Notes under the pieces: generated by a model | Told to the model about the DNA's origin: nothing | Databases searched by the model: none | Seen by the model: the letters and a program-made list of their open reading frames with translations, nothing else | Shown: positions 8,296 through 16,929 of the stretch, one piece after another | Numbering within the stretch: position 1 is the first letter of the stretch | Layout: each line of letters starts with the position of its first letter | Position numbers and translations under genes: made by a program | Assembly: GCA_031425235.1 (NCBI GenBank) | Contig: JANPIZ010000008.1 | Coordinates: 91,377 to 155,376 of the forward strand | DNA: 64,000 nt | Direction of reading: 5' to 3' | DNA from: Candidatus Nomurabacteria bacterium | GTDB lineage: Bacteria; Patescibacteriota; Minisyncoccia; Phycocordibacterales; UBA9973

Positions 8296-9351
8296 ATGTA
8301 TTTGGACTTGATTAAAATTTTTATACCGACGATTACAGCTTTCTTTTTGGGGCTTTTTTTTACACCCATTGCGACCCATTACTTCTTTAAATACAAAATG
8401 TGGAAAAAACACGCCCGTGGGAGCTCTTTTAGTAATTCTGATTTTCAAAAAATTAAAGACGAAAATGCTGAACTCAATACTCCACGAGTCGGTGGCATTA
8501 TCATCTGGTTTTCTGTTTTTTTAACCACTATCCTTTTCTTGGTTCTTGGAGTTATTTTCCCCGGAACTATTACTGAAAAAATAAACTTTTTAAGTAGAAA
8601 TCAAACAGTAATTCCATTTTTTACGCTTCTGTTCGGTGCACTACTTGGCCTTATGGACGACCTTTTGCAAATATATGGTCACAACAAGATCGCTCGTGAT
8701 GATGAATCGTGGCGCTTTTGGAAAGCAGGACTTATCGCCTTTGCTGCACTTCTCATCGGTATGTGGTTTTATTTCAAACTTGGCATGGTGCATGTAAATA
8801 TTCCTTTTGATGGTGATTTGTATTTAGGAATTTTTATTATTCCATTTTTTATTATTGTGGCACTTGCCACATTTTCAGGAGGAGTGATCGATGGACTTGA
8901 TGGACTTTCCGGGGGAGTATTTGCTTCTATCTTTGCTTCATATTCAGTCATTGCTTATGCAAACAACCAAATAGACATAGCAGTCTTCTGTGGGGTTGTT
9001 ACGGGCTGCATCTTGGCTTTTTTGTGGTTTAATATTCCTCCTGCTCGATTTTACATGGGAGAAACTGGTATCATGGCACTTACTCTCACCCTCGCGACTA
9101 TTTCTTTTCTGACCAACACAGCCCTACTTTTACCTGTGATTGCACTGCCCCTCGTTATTGAGTCCGCTTCTGATATTATTCAGATGACCTCAAAAAAATT
9201 ACGAAATGGAAAACGAGTCTTCAGACTCGCACCCATCCATCATCATTTCGAAGCTATTGGTTGGCCATCATACAAGGTCACTATGCGATTTTGGGTGTTA
9301 TCAGTAGTTTTTTCTATTATTGGAATTATTTTATTTATCGTGAGTAGATAG
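8296..9351 (+). CDS. mraY: phospho-N-acetylmuramoyl-pentapeptide transferase
   Basis: Polytopic membrane protein with GLMDDL and PIHHHFE MraY signatures. Confidence 0.9.
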   Translation: MYLDLIKIFIPTITAFFLGLFFTPIATHYFFKYKMWKKHARGSSFSNSDFQKIKDENAELNTPRVGGIIIWFSVFLTTILFLVLGVIFPGTITEKINFLSRNQTVIPFFTLLFGALLGLMDDLLQIYGHNKIARDDESWRFWKAGLIAFAALLIGMWFYFKLGMVHVNIPFDGDLYLGIFIIPFFIIVALATFSGGVIDGLDGLSGGVFASIFASYSVIAYANNQIDIAVFCGVVTGCILAFLWFNIPPARFYMGETGIMALTLTLATISFLTNTALLLPVIALPLVIESASDIIQMTSKKLRNGKRVFRLAPIHHHFEAIGWPSYKVTMRFWVLSVVFSIIGIILFIVSR

Positions 9352-10667
9352 TGAATATAATAACAATACACATGAAAGCAATTTTTCGACACACAATAAT
9401 TACTGCTCTAAGACTAGAGGCTCAACTTGTATTGTATAAATACAAGCCATATATAATTGCAATTACTGGTTCAGTCGGTAAAACCTCAACCAAAGATGCC
9501 GTGTATGCAGTCATGTCAGAATTCACTGACGTTCGCAGAAGTGAAAAAAGTTTCAATAGTGAAATTGGACTACCTCTTACGATTCTCGGGCTTCCAAATG
9601 CGTGGAATAATCCCGTCGGTTGGCTCAAAAATTTTGCCAAAGGATTAAAATTAATATTATTGCCGAATACATATCCCAAATGGCTCGTGCTTGAAGTTGG
9701 TGTCGGTAAGCCAGGCGACATGGAACGTACGGGTTCTTGGCTTAGAACTGATGCAGTGATCATCACCGCCATAGGCGAGACTCCGGCGCACGTGGAGTTT
9801 TTTGCTTCACGTAAACATTTGATCGAAGAAAAAAGTGCTCTTATAAAAACGTTGAAAAAAGACGGAATTTTAATATTAAATGCTGACGATAAAGATGTGC
9901 TTGCCATGCACACAAAAACAAAAAATATTTTTGTAACATACGGATTTACAGAAAGTGCACACGTTGTGGCTTCTTCTGATACGGTACTGTACTCACGCGA
10001 AGGTATTCCTGAAGGAGTTATTTACAGAATTGATGAAGAAGGGAGAAGCTTACCAGTAGCTATTGAAGGTGTGTTTGGGAGGAATCATGTATATGCATCA
10101 CTTGCCGCTCTTACTTTGGCTTCCGGCCTTAAACTCAATATGGTCACAGCTGTAAACGCGCTCAAACGTTATGATGTACCTCCGGGGCGCATGCGGTTAC
10201 TTCGGGGGATTAATGGTTCAATTATTATTGATGATAGTTATAATTCTTCACCGCTTGCTTCCGAATCTGCACTCAAAACTCTCGGTGAAGTTACATGTAC
10301 CGGTAGAAAAATAGCTGTGCTCGGTGACATGCTCGAGCTTGGGCGGCATACCCATGAAACGCATAAGAATATAGGTAGTATTGTAAAAAAAGTCGCTGAC
10401 GTTCTTGTGGTAGTCGGGCCTCGGGCTAAAAGTATAGCCGAAGGCGCGCTCGAGGTAAAAATGGCTAAGAAAAATATTTATGAATTCAGTGATGCCTATC
10501 AAGCTGCGGCTTTTCTCAAATCATTTGTTTCAGGTGGTGATGTCGTTTTAATTAAAGGCTCGCAAGGCATGCGTATGGAGCGAGTGACTGAATCCATACT
10601 CCTTGACCAAGAACACAAAAACAAACTCCTTGTCCGACAAGATGCGGAATGGAAAAAAAAGAAATAA
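9351..10667 (+). CDS. murF: UDP-N-acetylmuramoyl-tripeptide--D-alanyl-D-alanine ligase (Mur ligase family)
   Basis: ITGSVGKTSTKD P-loop and Mur-ligase central and C-terminal domains. GTG start overlaps the mraY stop. Confidence 0.8.
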   Translation: MNIITIHMKAIFRHTIITALRLEAQLVLYKYKPYIIAITGSVGKTSTKDAVYAVMSEFTDVRRSEKSFNSEIGLPLTILGLPNAWNNPVGWLKNFAKGLKLILLPNTYPKWLVLEVGVGKPGDMERTGSWLRTDAVIITAIGETPAHVEFFASRKHLIEEKSALIKTLKKDGILILNADDKDVLAMHTKTKNIFVTYGFTESAHVVASSDTVLYSREGIPEGVIYRIDEEGRSLPVAIEGVFGRNHVYASLAALTLASGLKLNMVTAVNALKRYDVPPGRMRLLRGINGSIIIDDSYNSSPLASESALKTLGEVTCTGRKIAVLGDMLELGRHTHETHKNIGSIVKKVADVLVVVGPRAKSIAEGALEVKMAKKNIYEFSDAYQAAAFLKSFVSGGDVVLIKGSQGMRMERVTESILLDQEHKNKLLVRQDAEWKKKK

Positions 10668-10676
10668 TAAAAATAT

Positions 10677-10745
10677 TTGTCCCGTACTAAATTTTTGATT
10701 ACGGGGTATAATGATAAATATTAATATTTAAAATTTTAGTACTGG
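10677..10745 (+). repeat. Copy 2 of the ~70-bp TIR-bearing upstream cassette; abuts the protease start codon
   Basis: ttgtcccgtactaaatttttgattacgggg...aaaattttagtactgg followed directly by the ATG at 10747. Confidence 0.75.
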
Positions 10746-10746
10746 C

Positions 10747-11649
10747 ATGAAGGAAAAAATTCACAAACATATGTATAAGATATTTCTAGGAGTGCTCGCA
10801 CTCGCGGTAATTTTTTCTATTATATATACTGGCGTTCATTATTTTAATGTGTATAAACAACAACAGGCTGAAGCATTAGCAGTACAGAGCAAAGAGCAAT
10901 CTGAGATCCAAAGCGAAGCAGCTCTTAAAGATAAAGCTCGCGATGAGGAGATAGCTTTATTAAAGCAACAGCTTACCGAACTACAAAACAAACCTATTGA
11001 AACAAAAACAATAAACAATACCGTTCAAGTTGAGGCCAAAGATCCCGTAGCGAATATTGTTAAAAAATGGAGCCCTCGAGTAGCTCATATGGAATGCCAT
11101 TGGTTTGATACAAATGATAAGTTGTATGCAAAAGGTTCAGGTTCGGCAACACTTGTTAATTTTTATGGTTTGGGGATGCGAGCTGTTACGAATAAACATT
11201 TGATGGTATATAAAAGTTATCTCCCTAAAAGTTGTGATGTCGAACTTACCTCTGGCGCTACATATACAATACCTATAACGAAAGATAATGTAAGTATTGG
11301 CGAAAATGAAGACTGGGCATATGTGACCTTGCCGAAAGATGGTGTGCTGTCGTCGATAACTGCAAAAGATGTGCGTGCTTGTAAAAATGTTGAAGTAGGA
11401 GACAAAGTACTCATCTTAGGGTATCCCAAAATTGGCTCAAAAATAGGTCTTACTGTAACCGAAGGCATTGTTTCTGGAAATGATAAAAATTATTATATTA
11501 CGTCTGCCAAAATTGACAAAGGTAACTCGGGCGGCGCGGCTATTTTAGTGGAAGATGATTGCTACCTTGGTATTCCGTCAGCATCGGTTGTCGGACAAAT
11601 AGAAAGCCTCGGGCGAATACTTAAATCAAGCTTTGTAATAGGTGGATAG
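10747..11649 (+). CDS. membrane-anchored trypsin-like (S1) serine protease
   Basis: N-terminal TM helix. Catalytic His (TNKH), Asp and Ser (GNSGG) are in canonical order. Confidence 0.75.
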   Translation: MKEKIHKHMYKIFLGVLALAVIFSIIYTGVHYFNVYKQQQAEALAVQSKEQSEIQSEAALKDKARDEEIALLKQQLTELQNKPIETKTINNTVQVEAKDPVANIVKKWSPRVAHMECHWFDTNDKLYAKGSGSATLVNFYGLGMRAVTNKHLMVYKSYLPKSCDVELTSGATYTIPITKDNVSIGENEDWAYVTLPKDGVLSSITAKDVRACKNVEVGDKVLILGYPKIGSKIGLTVTEGIVSGNDKNYYITSAKIDKGNSGGAAILVEDDCYLGIPSASVVGQIESLGRILKSSFVIGG

Positions 11650-11667
11650 TCAAAATTTGTGACCCTA
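11647..11667 (+). repeat. 21-bp direct repeat (copy 1), identical to the tRNA-Glu 3' end plus flank
   Basis: tagtcaaaatttgtgacccta is identical to 12259-12279. Confidence 0.8.
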
Positions 11668-11780
11668 ATTATACGGAATTGGAACCAGGTATTTAAACAG
11701 ATAAAGTTTTTTCGTATATATAAACAAGAAAGTCGCCTCGAAAGACGAACTTTCTTGGCGACGAGAGACAAAGAATAATT

Positions 11781-12167
11781 TTATTCACATAACTTTTTAA
11801 AATTTTCCTTGTCTGATAATAGTTGAATACTGATTTTGTTTAATCTTTCACGGAGACTACTGTTCCACCAGCTGTTTCCGTCAAGTTCACTTTTCCAGCT
11901 TAGTAAGAACGACTCAGTTCTTTTGAATGCTAATTTTTTTAAAGCGAGATCATCTATTTCACTACAAAGATCCAGAAAAGCATTTTTTTCAAGATTGAAA
12001 TTTTCAAGTAAATTTTCAACTCTACTTAAAACAACTTTTGCAGAAAATGCACTACAATAGCTTTTTGTTATTTCGTTTTGAAACGTTTGCAATAACATTG
12101 CAGTGTTTAAAAACGATAAACACAGTATATCCGGGATGCTCAGCTTTGAACTCTTCATTGTTTGCAT
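11781..12167 (-). CDS. hypothetical protein (128 aa) inside the direct-repeat-bounded segment
   Basis: Intact ORF with no recognisable domain. Confidence 0.4.
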   Translation of the reverse strand: MQTMKSSKLSIPDILCLSFLNTAMLLQTFQNEITKSYCSAFSAKVVLSRVENLLENFNLEKNAFLDLCSEIDDLALKKLAFKRTESFLLSWKSELDGNSWWNSSLRERLNKISIQLLSDKENFKKLCE

Positions 12168-12258
12168 TATTTTTCTCCTTATCAGATTAATTTATTTAAA
12201 AAACAAAAAACAACCGACATGGTTGCAACTGTTTTGACAATACCACTTAAAATTATTT

Positions 12259-12279
12259 TAGTCAAAATTTGTGACCCTA
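12259..12279 (+). repeat. 21-bp direct repeat (copy 2), overlapping the 3' acceptor end of tRNA-Glu
   Basis: The last 7 nt (gacccta) are the tRNA acceptor 3' strand. Confidence 0.8.
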
Positions 12280-12343
12280 CAGGGAATCGAACCCTGATTA
12301 CCGCCTTGAGAAGGCGATGTCCTAACCGTTAGACGATAGGGCC
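12272..12343 (-). tRNA. tRNA-Glu (anticodon CUC)
   Basis: 72-nt cloverleaf folded by hand. Acceptor GGCCCTA/TAGGGTC (one G-U pair), anticodon loop ttCTCaa, T-loop TTCGATT. No CCA is encoded. Confidence 0.8.
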
Positions 12344-12413
12344 ATGTAGAAAAAATATAACATTTTTCAAAAAAAATGGAAAATTATTTTTATCTCTAAA
12401 AAATTACCGTCAT

Positions 12414-12810
12414 CTATGTAGATGACGGTGTAGTTGTTTGTGTGATGTTTTTTGTAGCTATTACGATGCCCCAGAAGCACGCGTCGGCAACAAGACCACC
12501 CATTATTCCTCCGGCTGTAACCCCAAAGAAATTTATAAAAATAAATATGAACAGTGGTCGGAGCAAAAAGCTATCTAAAACTTCAGCTCCAAAAAATTCT
12601 CTAATTACTTTACCTATCGAGCTAAAGTAACCCCCTGTTGGCAATTTTCTTTTCAAAAATTGTAGCGACGATCCAACAGGGAAGAATGTCAGCTGCAATA
12701 AATATTACAATCGCAGTATTTTTATCGACTGCAATTACACCGAGCAAGATTGCAATTGTGATGCTTACTAGGTGTGAAATCAACTCGTTAGCTAAAATAT
12801 TATTTAACAT
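12414..12810 (-). pseudogene. Possible frameshifted small membrane protein (two overlapping ORFs, 62 aa and 94 aa; the downstream part resembles the GlsB/YeaQ/YmgE transglycosylase-associated family)
   Basis: The ORFs at 12622-12810 and 12414-12698 overlap at a G5 run (aacagggggttac) where a +1 shift joins them. Gly-rich TM segments FFGVTAGGIMGGLVADACFWGIVIA. Confidence 0.3.
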
Positions 12811-12934
12811 ATTTCAACCTCCTTTTCCTTATTAATTTTACCACAAACTCAAAAGGAATAGTTTTCAAAGGATAGTTGAAAAAAGCCTTTTAATATTTAA
12901 TATTTTGAGCCTCAGGTTTCCCGTGACGACGTGA

Positions 12935-13021
12935 TTGACAAATCAGTGTTTTTGTGATATACTATAAGAGTATGACTGGATTTAATTTTTTAATTCCAGA
13001 TCTCTTCGTTGAAAATAAAAT
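12935..13021 (+). promoter_or_regulatory. Promoter (TTGACA-N17-TATACT) plus conserved 5' leader, copy 1
   Basis: 100% identical over ~75 nt to 32085-32160. Contains the ctgga...tccag hairpin. Confidence 0.65.
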
Positions 13022-13024
13022 AAT

Positions 13025-13828
13025 ATGAAAATTTTGCAAAACAAAAAAGTCCGCTTTGCGGCAATTTTATTGGTTGCGTTGTTGGCAGCGTTGTCAACTC
13101 TTAATGCACAACCTGCGGAAGCAGTCACAGCCGAATTCGGCAACTACTTTGAAAGTGTTAAAAAGCTTAACCCCACGGTTAAGAATTTTCACACAATGAA
13201 CGTCGGCGAGGTCTATGGTTTGCCGGACGGCAAAACTGACCACCTCGAAGAAGGCGACACCGAAGGAATTTGGGGTCGCGAGCTGAGAAAATGGAATCAA
13301 CTTCGTTTGGATCCGGTGACCTCAGGTCAACCGTATGTAAACGGCGGAATTAGTCCCGATAACCCGGAACAGCTTGAACGTCAATTTGACAATCAAGCGC
13401 GATTTATGTCTGGGGGTCGTCAGTTTCCTGAACGCATCAGTCCCATTCAAAAAGGGAAAATTTTCGGCGAAGGACTCGTCGGCTATTTAGACCAAGGTTT
13501 TCAACCTCGTAAAATTGATGAGCCGGGCGTACCGGCATATCAGGCGACCTACAGATTCGCCAACGGGGAAGAAATTACCCTTCAATCTTTGATGGGTTGC
13601 ATGAACCCGATCGAAGAAGGTATTGGTCAAACGCGTAAAGGTTACACTTTCGTGCCGGACGGACAAAATCCGGATGTTGTTCCGCTCACGGTAGCGGACA
13701 ATAACGACAAGGGTAAAGACAAGGATTTCAATGGGAATTATATTCTCGGAGGATTTTTGTTTGCTTGTTTATTCGTTCGCCAACCCCCGTCGAAAGACCG
13801 GAAAAAATTACTATTTCTTTTGGTGTAG
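13025..13828 (+). CDS. secreted hypothetical protein (signal peptide), anomalously GC-rich
   Basis: N-terminus KKVRFAAILLVALLAALSTLNAQPAEA. Body is visibly GC-richer than surrounding genes. A possible C-terminal extension by frameshift is described in the findings. Confidence 0.6.
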   Translation: MKILQNKKVRFAAILLVALLAALSTLNAQPAEAVTAEFGNYFESVKKLNPTVKNFHTMNVGEVYGLPDGKTDHLEEGDTEGIWGRELRKWNQLRLDPVTSGQPYVNGGISPDNPEQLERQFDNQARFMSGGRQFPERISPIQKGKIFGEGLVGYLDQGFQPRKIDEPGVPAYQATYRFANGEEITLQSLMGCMNPIEEGIGQTRKGYTFVPDGQNPDVVPLTVADNNDKGKDKDFNGNYILGGFLFACLFVRQPPSKDRKKLLFLLV

Positions 13829-13994
13829 GCGGCAATCCGATTGCCAAAAGCAACAAGAGAAATAAAAAATATGAAGTTGTGAAAAATAAAACTGGCAGCC
13901 TCTCCGTCCGAGAAGTCAAAACCAGAAAAAAATCATAACGTTCAAGACCAACTGGAGGTGTAAACCAGCAGGCGATACTCTAACGTCAAAAGTT

Positions 13995-14045
13995 TTAGAG
14001 AATCTAAAATTGTCCGGCGACGTCTTATTCAAGACTCGCCGGCTT
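13995..14045. terminator. Bidirectional hairpin between the secreted-protein gene and rmuC
   Basis: ccggcgacgtctt...aagactcgccgg followed by ctttttgttttt. Confidence 0.5.
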
Positions 14046-14052
14046 TTTGTTT

Positions 14053-15096
14053 TTAGTCTTCAAACGTTGGTTTGTTTACCTCGAGGAGGTTTAGCTCGGG
14101 AGATGAGCCGGCGATGCGGAGCACATCCTTATCTATCTTTTTGAGTTCTTTATTTGAAGCATTATAATGGTTGACCACAGTGCTGAGCGAATTACCGAGC
14201 TTGGCGTGGTATTCATCATACGATTTTAAATGACGGCCCAAGTCTTCTACTTTTTTTATGATTTCTTTTGCAGATTCTTCTATCTGTAGAGCTTTGAGTC
14301 CTTGTAACACAGTTTGCAAGTAGGCGAGGAATGAGGTCGGGGACGTGATAATGACTTTGTATTTTCCAGCTGCTCGCTGGATGAGGTTTTCATTGTCGTC
14401 TCCCGCTCCCACTTTATTTGTAATCAAATCGTAATATATGGCTTCGTGAGGAATAAACATAAATGCAAAATCAGTCGTCCCTTTTGTGGGCTGGATATAT
14501 TTTGCGGTCTCAGTAATTCGATTTTTCAAATCGTTTACAAAAATTACTTCAAGGCGTTTTTTATCTCCTGCATTTATTTCTTCAACCATTTTGTTGTAGT
14601 TTTCCAGTGAAAACTTTGAATCTATCGGTATGATTTTGTCTTTGACAAATACCACAGCGTCCACAATACTGCCATCCGGAAATGGATATTGCATTTGATA
14701 GCTACCAGGAGGAAGGACATTTTTTAAAACTGTTTCGAGGTAGTACTCGCCGAGGATCCCGCGTTGTTTTGGATTTCTCAAAATATTTTCAAGGCTTTGG
14801 AGCTGGTCAGCAAAGCTTATAACTTGTTTATTCGTCTCATCGAGGCGGGTGAGCCGTTCGGTAACATCACGGATTATTTTATTTGATTCGCTTGAGTGAA
14901 ATTTCAAGCTTTCGTTGACTTGTTTATGGCTTTCCCCAATTTTACTATCGACAGTGCGAGAAAGTTCGTTTATTTGGGTGAGGATAAGATTGAGTCCTGT
15001 ATCGTTATTTCCACTTTCTTTTTTACGTTCAAAAATAAAGTAGGCGACTACGCCTCCTGCGACTATTCCTAAAATGATCCAAATGATATTTTCCAT
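14053..15096 (-). CDS. rmuC: DNA recombination protein RmuC
   Basis: N-terminal TM, coiled coil and RmuC nuclease-like C-terminal domain (NPKQRGILGEYYLE...). Confidence 0.75.
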   Translation of the reverse strand: MENIIWIILGIVAGGVVAYFIFERKKESGNNDTGLNLILTQINELSRTVDSKIGESHKQVNESLKFHSSESNKIIRDVTERLTRLDETNKQVISFADQLQSLENILRNPKQRGILGEYYLETVLKNVLPPGSYQMQYPFPDGSIVDAVVFVKDKIIPIDSKFSLENYNKMVEEINAGDKKRLEVIFVNDLKNRITETAKYIQPTKGTTDFAFMFIPHEAIYYDLITNKVGAGDDNENLIQRAAGKYKVIITSPTSFLAYLQTVLQGLKALQIEESAKEIIKKVEDLGRHLKSYDEYHAKLGNSLSTVVNHYNASNKELKKIDKDVLRIAGSSPELNLLEVNKPTFED

Positions 15097-15098
15097 AA

Positions 15099-15824
15099 TT
15101 ATTTCTCTAAATAATATTTAAGTGTGTAAATCCAATCTTCATCTATCGTGTCGCCATTCAGTTTTTGCCCGAGCAACCATTGTAAATAACCTTTGTCAGT
15201 TTTTACGACGTCTTCTATTTTTTGCCCGTTATATTTACCAAATTTAAAAGTGTGGAAAAGTGAAGGGTGTGATGATATTTCTATCATTTTTTGTATGGCC
15301 TCATCTTCATTTAGATTTTCTTGCTCTATAACTTTTTTTTGCAACCGATCAAAAAGCTTTTCGAGAACCAAGACATCTCCGAGAGCATCGTGAGCTGTGG
15401 CTACTACATCAAGATCGAGGAAGTAACGAAGATATTGTAAGTTGTATTTTTCTATCTTGTCATCTTTGTCAAGGTGTCGAGCCAGCCGCAGCGTATCAAT
15501 GAAATTTTTGGGTCGTATATCTTCTTTTTCAATAACCATAAGATCAAAAAGGGCATTGTGAGCTACGACGACAGAATTTTCATCTTCAAAAAGAGTTTTT
15601 ACTTTTTCATAATCTTTGCTTTGTGTAAAAACTTCTTTCCCGTCTACCATTTTATTTGTAATGTGGTGAATTGCGGATGCTTCTGCTGGGATTTTTATCT
15701 CCGGCTTATAGAGCTCGTTGAATGTTTCACCCACAGTCTTATAAGCTAATTGCACTAAGTAGTCCTTTTCAGTATTTCCGGTCGTTTCTGTATCAAAAAA
15801 TATAAGGTTTTGCTCTGTTTTCAT
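15099..15824 (-). CDS. DEDDh 3'-5' exonuclease (DnaQ-like) with extra C-terminal domain
   Basis: Exo motifs FFDTETTG, AHNALFD and HDALGD. Confidence 0.8.
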   Translation of the reverse strand: MKTEQNLIFFDTETTGNTEKDYLVQLAYKTVGETFNELYKPEIKIPAEASAIHHITNKMVDGKEVFTQSKDYEKVKTLFEDENSVVVAHNALFDLMVIEKEDIRPKNFIDTLRLARHLDKDDKIEKYNLQYLRYFLDLDVVATAHDALGDVLVLEKLFDRLQKKVIEQENLNEDEAIQKMIEISSHPSLFHTFKFGKYNGQKIEDVVKTDKGYLQWLLGQKLNGDTIDEDWIYTLKYYLEK

Positions 15825-15854
15825 ATAGATTATTTTAGCATAATTTGGTACAAT

Positions 15855-16310
15855 ATGGATATGCTACATGAACAAATCAAAAATGGAATAAAGGAGGCTA
15901 TGATGGCCAAAGACAGTCTAAAGCTCGAGACATATCGAGCGATGTCGGCTGCATTTATGAATGAGTTAGTTCTGAAAAATAGAAAGCCAAGCGAAGTTTT
16001 GAACGACGAAGAAGCACTCGCCGTTATCACTCGCTTAGTAAAACAGCGTAAAGACTCGATCGAGCAATTCACCAAAGGTGGGCGAGAAGATTTAGTAAAA
16101 GTGGAACAGGACCAACTCGCGATTCTTGAAACATTTCTTCCTAAGATGATGGAGAAATCTGAAGTCGAAGCTATAGCTATTCAGAAAAAGGAGGAACTTG
16201 GTATCACCGATCCCACAAAAAAAGGTATGCTTATGGCAGCCCTAATGAAGGACCTCAAGGGCAAAGCTGACGGAACGACAGTCAAGGAAGTAGTCGATGC
16301 TCTCTTTTAG
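15855..16310 (+). CDS. GatB/YqeY domain protein
   Basis: MLHEQIKNGIKEAMMAKDSLKLETYRAMSAA... has a YqeY-like fold. The track ORF begins upstream at 15810; ATG 15855 is preferred. Confidence 0.7.
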   Translation: MDMLHEQIKNGIKEAMMAKDSLKLETYRAMSAAFMNELVLKNRKPSEVLNDEEALAVITRLVKQRKDSIEQFTKGGREDLVKVEQDQLAILETFLPKMMEKSEVEAIAIQKKEELGITDPTKKGMLMAALMKDLKGKADGTTVKEVVDALF

Positions 16311-16317
16311 TTACTAT

Positions 16318-16929
16318 ATGCACACCATACAAACTTTGAGTTACGTAGTAGAAAACTATAACATACTCGCTTATTTTATTATTTTTTTTATTACTATTGT
16401 CGAAGGTGAAATTGTGGCTATATCGGCTGGCATACTGGTAGCTCTCGGAGTGTTGAGTGCCCCTATTGCATTTATCGCCTTATTTTGTGGAGGTTTGATC
16501 AAATCCTTTCTCGGTTACTTTATCGGAACCTTTTTATATCGAAGGTTCAACCATAATAGATTCTTCCAATACATTGAACGAAAGGTTCTCGGAATTATGC
16601 CAAACTTTGAAGCGAAGCCTTTTTGGTCCATTTTTGCTTCAAAGTTTTTAATGGTCAATCACATAGTAATTATTTTTGCAGGTTACAAAAAAATAGAGTT
16701 CAAAAAATATATTCAAGCAGAGATATTGTCGACAATACTGTGGGCTGTATCACTACTAACACTTGGATACTTCTTTAGTTATGCAGCTTTCCGCATCAGT
16801 GATAGACTCAGTGAATTTTTGCTCATTATTGTACTTTTCATTGTAGGATTTTTCGTATTAGAGAAAATCTTGTCTTTATTGTATAATGCGTTCGAATACT
16901 TTTTACATGACAACAAACGACCAAACTAA
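16318..16929 (+). CDS. DedA/VTT-family membrane protein
   Basis: FIIFFITIVEGEIVAISAG... DedA pattern with multiple TM segments. Confidence 0.65.
   Translation: MHTIQTLSYVVENYNILAYFIIFFITIVEGEIVAISAGILVALGVLSAPIAFIALFCGGLIKSFLGYFIGTFLYRRFNHNRFFQYIERKVLGIMPNFEAKPFWSIFASKFLMVNHIVIIFAGYKKIEFKKYIQAEILSTILWAVSLLTLGYFFSYAAFRISDRLSEFLLIIVLFIVGFFVLEKILSLLYNAFEYFLHDNKRPN

Noticed and set aside
8173-8448. 91-aa minus-strand ORF overlapping the mraY promoter and start, plus an imperfect ~27-bp inverted repeat at ~8160-8195 / 8270-8298
   Set aside because: The ORF overlaps the mraY start and has no support. The inverted repeat is too imperfect (several mismatches in hand alignment) to call without a computed alignment.
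9422-9913. 163-aa minus-strand ORF inside murF
   Set aside because: It is antisense to a Mur ligase gene with clear motifs.
11730-11770. Hairpin aagtcgcc...ggcgac near the direct repeat, considered as a third copy of the gatB/topA palindrome
   Set aside because: It shares only the gtcgcc/ggcgac hexamers, in the opposite arrangement, around a 22-nt loop. That is not enough to call it the same element without a proper alignment.
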